DNA from: Octopus bimaculoides
Lineage: Eukaryota
Assembly: GCF_001194135.2 (NCBI RefSeq)
Contig: NC_068993.1
Location: forward strand, 942,818 to 985,827
Reading direction: 5' to 3'
Length of the DNA stretch: 43,010 nucleotides
The notes beneath the pieces are model-generated. The model did no database searches and was not told where the DNA came from. It saw only the letters and a program-made list of their open reading frames with translations. A program made the position numbers and the translations under genes. Each line of letters starts with the position of its first letter. The stretch's first letter is position 1. Positions 38,818 to 43,010 of the stretch are shown one piece after another.

Positions 38818-39027
38818 CTTTTTCAAAGTTGATTTGCCGTTCATGGTGTCTGGCATTCTCTGCAGCCACTTTCAGGAGTCCTTGAATATTGAGTAAAAGG
38901 GTTTCTATTGAGGATATACTCGGAGTATCTCCATTGAGGAGTTGTGAGGCAAAACTTTGACTCGATGTTGGGATTTTATCTGTCATATCACCATTTGGTA
39001 AAGAATCATTGGTATCAGCACTGTCCT
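38818..39027 (-). CDS. dac: Dachshund internal coding exon (210 nt, phase 1-1), start of DD2/DACHbox-C
   Basis: Translates DSADTNDSLPNGDMTDKIPTSSQSFASQLLNGDTPSISSIETLLLNIQGLLKVAAENARHHERQINFEK. This matches the recalled DACH motif SSIETLLTNIQGLLKVAIDNARAQEKQVQLEK. Acceptor ttttctgtttcatttgttgtag| at 39028; donor AAAG|gttagt at 38817. Confidence 0.95.
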
Positions 39028-39515
39028 CTACAACAAATGAAACAGAAAATTTTTTGAAGATTTCCACTCAACTAATATTTCAAACACAATGGACATTTGG
39101 AATATTAATTGGTTTGGTAGGAATTTTTTTTGTTTAATAAGCAAGTTTTATTGCAGTCAATCATTATGTGTATTTATTAAGAGATATGCTTCAATAGACA
39201 CCAATTATCAGACTCATAACCACTTCTTTCATTGAAAAACTGGTTTTTGCAGAGGCATAGAAAGAGAGGTTTGGCAATTTATCAACAAACAACATTGAGT
39301 TGGAGGAAATATCATTATTTCTGCCATTGCAATTTTGATGAGAGAATTTGAGAAATAAATACAAAAGAATTGAAGCTGGTATATTAAACAGAATGTTAGA
39401 ATTCTACAAAAAGGATTCACAGTTCATAGGGTACCATTGCCAATGTACTGTGTCTATGGCAGTGAGCTGTGCACATCACAATGAAACATATGTTGCTATA
39501 TACACCCATACACGC

Positions 39516-39551
<36 letters not shown>

Positions 39552-40005
39552 CCACTGACACAATGGACTTCTTTCAGTTTCCACCAGCCACTTCTTGAAT
39601 TAGGCAAGCTTTGTTTCAGCTACCTTCTCTGAGTCCTTCCTAATAAATGAATGAGCAGTTCTATCCCTGGAAAGGGCTGCTCAGTCACTGGAGCTGCTGC
39701 TGAATCACTCTACCACCATAGTTTGAACAAAGGGGACCAATGTTCCCAGCTGCCTACATACAAGTTTGCAATGATATATTTCCAGTTGGTCAAGCTTGTA
39801 TATTCCACTAACACCGTTGCAGGACTTTGTCTAATCACTGCTTTTTCCCAGAGTTCCCTGTGCATTAAATTGATTATCCATGTGTACATACATACATACA
39901 TACATATACATATATATATATATACATGTTTGTAAGTATGTATATATAAATACATACACACAAACACACACACACACACACACACACATATATGTATGTA
40001 TGTCC

Positions 40006-40368
40006 TCTTATTTGTTTTAGTCATTAGCATTGTGACCATACTGGGGCAGTCTTGAAGAGTTTAGTCAGACAAATTGACCCTGCCAAAGTTGGGTACTTAT
40101 TTCATTAATCTCTTTTACCAAACCACTAAGTTACATCAAGTAGTGGGGACAATCACAATGATATGCACACACACACACCCACACACACACAGTTATACAT
40201 GTGTATATATTACATGCTTCCTCATAGTTTCCATCTACCAAATTCACTCACAAGGCATTGATCCACTCATATCAGAAAACATTTGCCCAATGTGATGTGC
40301 AGTGAGATTGAACTTAGAACCATGGGCTTCTGAAGTATCCTTCTTAACCATTCAGCCACGCCTGTGCC
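40006..40368 (-). mobile_element. Family B SINE, near full length, CpG-decayed
   Basis: Minus-strand head ggcacaggcgtggctgaatggttaag, B-box-like aagttcaatctc, internal (CA)n on the plus strand, 3' end gtatggtcacaatgctaatgactaaaacaaataaga. Confidence 0.75.
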
Positions 40369-40910
40369 AATACATATCTATTCATACAGACTTGTATGCA
40401 TGCATATATGTGTCTATAAACACCCATATACTATATTAATATTATATACATATGAATTTACATTAATATGTTTGCTTTGTGAGACAAAAAAAGTTAATTA
40501 ATTTCATGTTTCTAATCAATTATAAATGTTAATAATAATTACTCTGTGTGTCTGTGTATGTATCTGTATGTATGTATGTATGTGTGTGTATATATTACTC
40601 CAGAGATGTCTAATTGCTCTTAATTTCTGGCATTCCTATCTCCCAAATAGCTTTTCATGAATTCGTAAAGCATTCTTTACAAGTCTATCAATAAGGTTTT
40701 TGCAGATAACCTCTTATCGTATTGTCTCTCTTTCTTATTGAACTTCATTCATATTGTTTGCTGCTAAAATTATAGAATGGTTTCCTTTTGTTTCAGTGTA
40801 TTCATTGATTTTTGCCTTTCAGAATAGAAAAATATTCGATAAACTACGTTTAATATTATGTTATGTATGTTTTATATATCATATGTATACACACATCTAT
40901 ACAAACATAC

Positions 40911-41088
40911 ATATATATATATATATATATATGTATTTAGGTATGTATATATATGTGTGTNNNNNNNNNNNNNATATACATACATATATATTTCATAATG
41001 TATGTAGGTACATATGTATGTATGCATACATACATACATACAGACATACATATATATATATATATATATATGTATTTAGGTATGTATA

Positions 41089-41121
<33 letters not shown>

Positions 41122-41138
41122 GTATTTAGGTATGTATA

Positions 41139-41170
<32 letters not shown>

Positions 41171-41200
41171 CATGTATTTAGGTATGTATATATATGTGTG
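40911..41200. repeat. TA-based minisatellite with core atgtatttaggtatgtatatatatgtgt x4
   Basis: Four copies, interrupted by an N-gap at 40961-40973. Confidence 0.85.
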
Positions 41201-42379
41201 TTGTGTGTATATGTTGTGTTGTTTATTATTATATGTAACTTGAAGAAGATTGATTAAAATTGCATGTTTACTGAATAAATTTTTAACTATGAAAGATAAA
41301 TTAATGATAAAGAAGTCATAACAAAAACAGAAATAAACAAATAAAAAAAATAAGCAACAAATATAAAAAAAAGTGAATTAAAAGATGGAAAGTTAAAAAC
41401 AATGGAACAAAACAACAGCAGTAAACAGCAAACATAAAAATATATATATATATCAAAGATATATATTACAAATTTTTTTGTTTTTTAAAAATTTACTTTT
41501 TTTCTATTTTTTTGTCTATTTGTATTTTTATTACGTTTTTATGTTTTTATTTTGTTTTATTTTTACATTCAAAGTATTTGATGTGAGATAAAATGGCACC
41601 AGCGACTTGTGTAACATTTGATAGTTTTTTATTGAATTTATTGAAGGAAGAATGAAAGCCAAAGAAAAGCTTGGCCAAATGAAAAGGTTTGATATTTTTA
41701 TCAAAGTGCAGATGCTATTTAAAATTTGAACTTTACTCCAATACAGTCTGCTGTAATTTTTGTTTAAATGGCATCTTTTTCACTGATTGTTAGGCAATAA
41801 AAATTGTAATTGGGACTGCTTTAGAGTTAATTGGTATTTCTATGTTTAATGAGTCAACTTTCAGTGTTGATTAGTTAAAATTTTTATCTCAGTGTTTGTC
41901 CATTATGAAAAAAAATAAATAATAAATAAATAAAACAAGAAATGAAATGTTCACTGACATTAATTTTAAAATGGCAAACAAAACAAACAAAAATAATAAT
42001 AATAACAACAACAACCAAAGAACACAAAGACACAAAAACAAAAGAAATCATAGAAATTGGAGATAATGTGAATGTGTGTATGTAGCTGTGTGTATATGTA
42101 TGTGTGTATGTAGTGATGTATGTGTGTATATATACGTGTGTAGTAGATAGTAAGTGTATGTATTTAGGGTTGTGTATGCATATGTGCATGTAGGGGTGTG
42201 TGTTGTATGTATATATGGATATAGTGGTGAATGTATGTATATAACAGTGTGTATGTATATATTTTGGTGTATGTATATTTTCGTACTTTCATGTGTGTGA
42301 TTGTGTGTGTGTATATGTAGATATATGTATCATGTATGGGTGTAAGTGTGTATGTATATAAATATGTATTGGTATGTTA

Positions 42380-42483
42380 TATATATGCATCTATATATGA
42401 GTGTATGTAGATTAATATGAATATATTAGTTATATACATATATATACATGCACACACACACATATACACACACATATGTATAT

Positions 42484-42514
<31 letters not shown>

Positions 42515-42550
42515 TATATAAATATATATATATATATACATATATATATA

Positions 42551-42624
<74 letters not shown>

Positions 42625-42657
42625 AATATAAAAATATACATATATATATAAATATAT
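42380..42657. repeat. (TA)n-rich compound array
   Basis: Direct reading; the RTE fragment starts at its right edge. Confidence 0.95.
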
Positions 42658-43010
42658 GAGAATGGAGGAGGATAGCTGCGTGAAAAAGTGCCACACCCTA
42701 ACAGTTGAGGGAACCCGTGGAAGAGGTAGGCCCAGGAAGACCTGGGCTGAGGTGGTGAGGCAAGACCTTCGTACATTGGGCCTCACCGAGGCGATGACTA
42801 CGGACCGAGACCTTTGGAAATGGGCTGTGCGTGAGAAGACCCGGCAAGCCAAGTAAGATCGTTGCCAGTGCCCCTGGACTGGTTCTTGTGCGGGTGGCAC
42901 ATGAGATGCACCATTTTGAGCGTGGCCGTTGCCAGTACCGCCTGACTGGCTCCTGTAGGATTTTCGAGCGAGATCGTTGCCAGTGCCCCTGGACTGGCTT
43001 GTGCGGGTGG
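42656..43010 (+). mobile_element. Young 5'-truncated RTE-clade LINE (ORF2 C-terminus plus 3' UTR), runs off the window
   Basis: Uninterrupted [66 protein letters not shown] (RTE G.R.RGRP...W...DR..W signature). CpG-rich, abuts a (TA)n array, 3' UTR has internal direct repeats. Confidence 0.9.

Overview
AT-rich, microsatellite-dense draft eukaryotic scaffold with nine N-gaps. The repeat content looks like Octopus; this is an inference from recalled repeat families, not a database hit. The one supported gene is the 3' half of dachshund (dac/DACH) on the minus strand. Five coding exons were joined by hand at GT-AG, phase-1 junctions: 38818-39027, 4983-5066, 2450-2593, 1289-1354 and terminal 479-588. 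They encode the DD2/DACHbox-C coiled coil and the C-terminus; the DD1 (Ski/Sno) exons lie beyond the right edge. A 33,751-bp intron (5067-38817) splits DD2. It holds tRNA-derived SINEs, decayed RTE and R4/Dong-like LINE fragments, probable hAT MITE relics and many simple repeats. A young 5'-truncated RTE LINE lies upstream of the 38.8-kb exon at the right edge. Nearly all other ORFs in the supplied track are microsatellite or gap artefacts. The best leads are a sharp CpG-rich/CpG-depleted boundary near 27.1 kb and a promoter-like module at 24.46-25.16 kb with a 16-bp motif in three copies and a perfect 19-bp inverted repeat. Also notable are alternative donors in the 2.5-kb exon and a possible antisense microexon. 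No novel protein-coding system is demonstrable from sequence alone.
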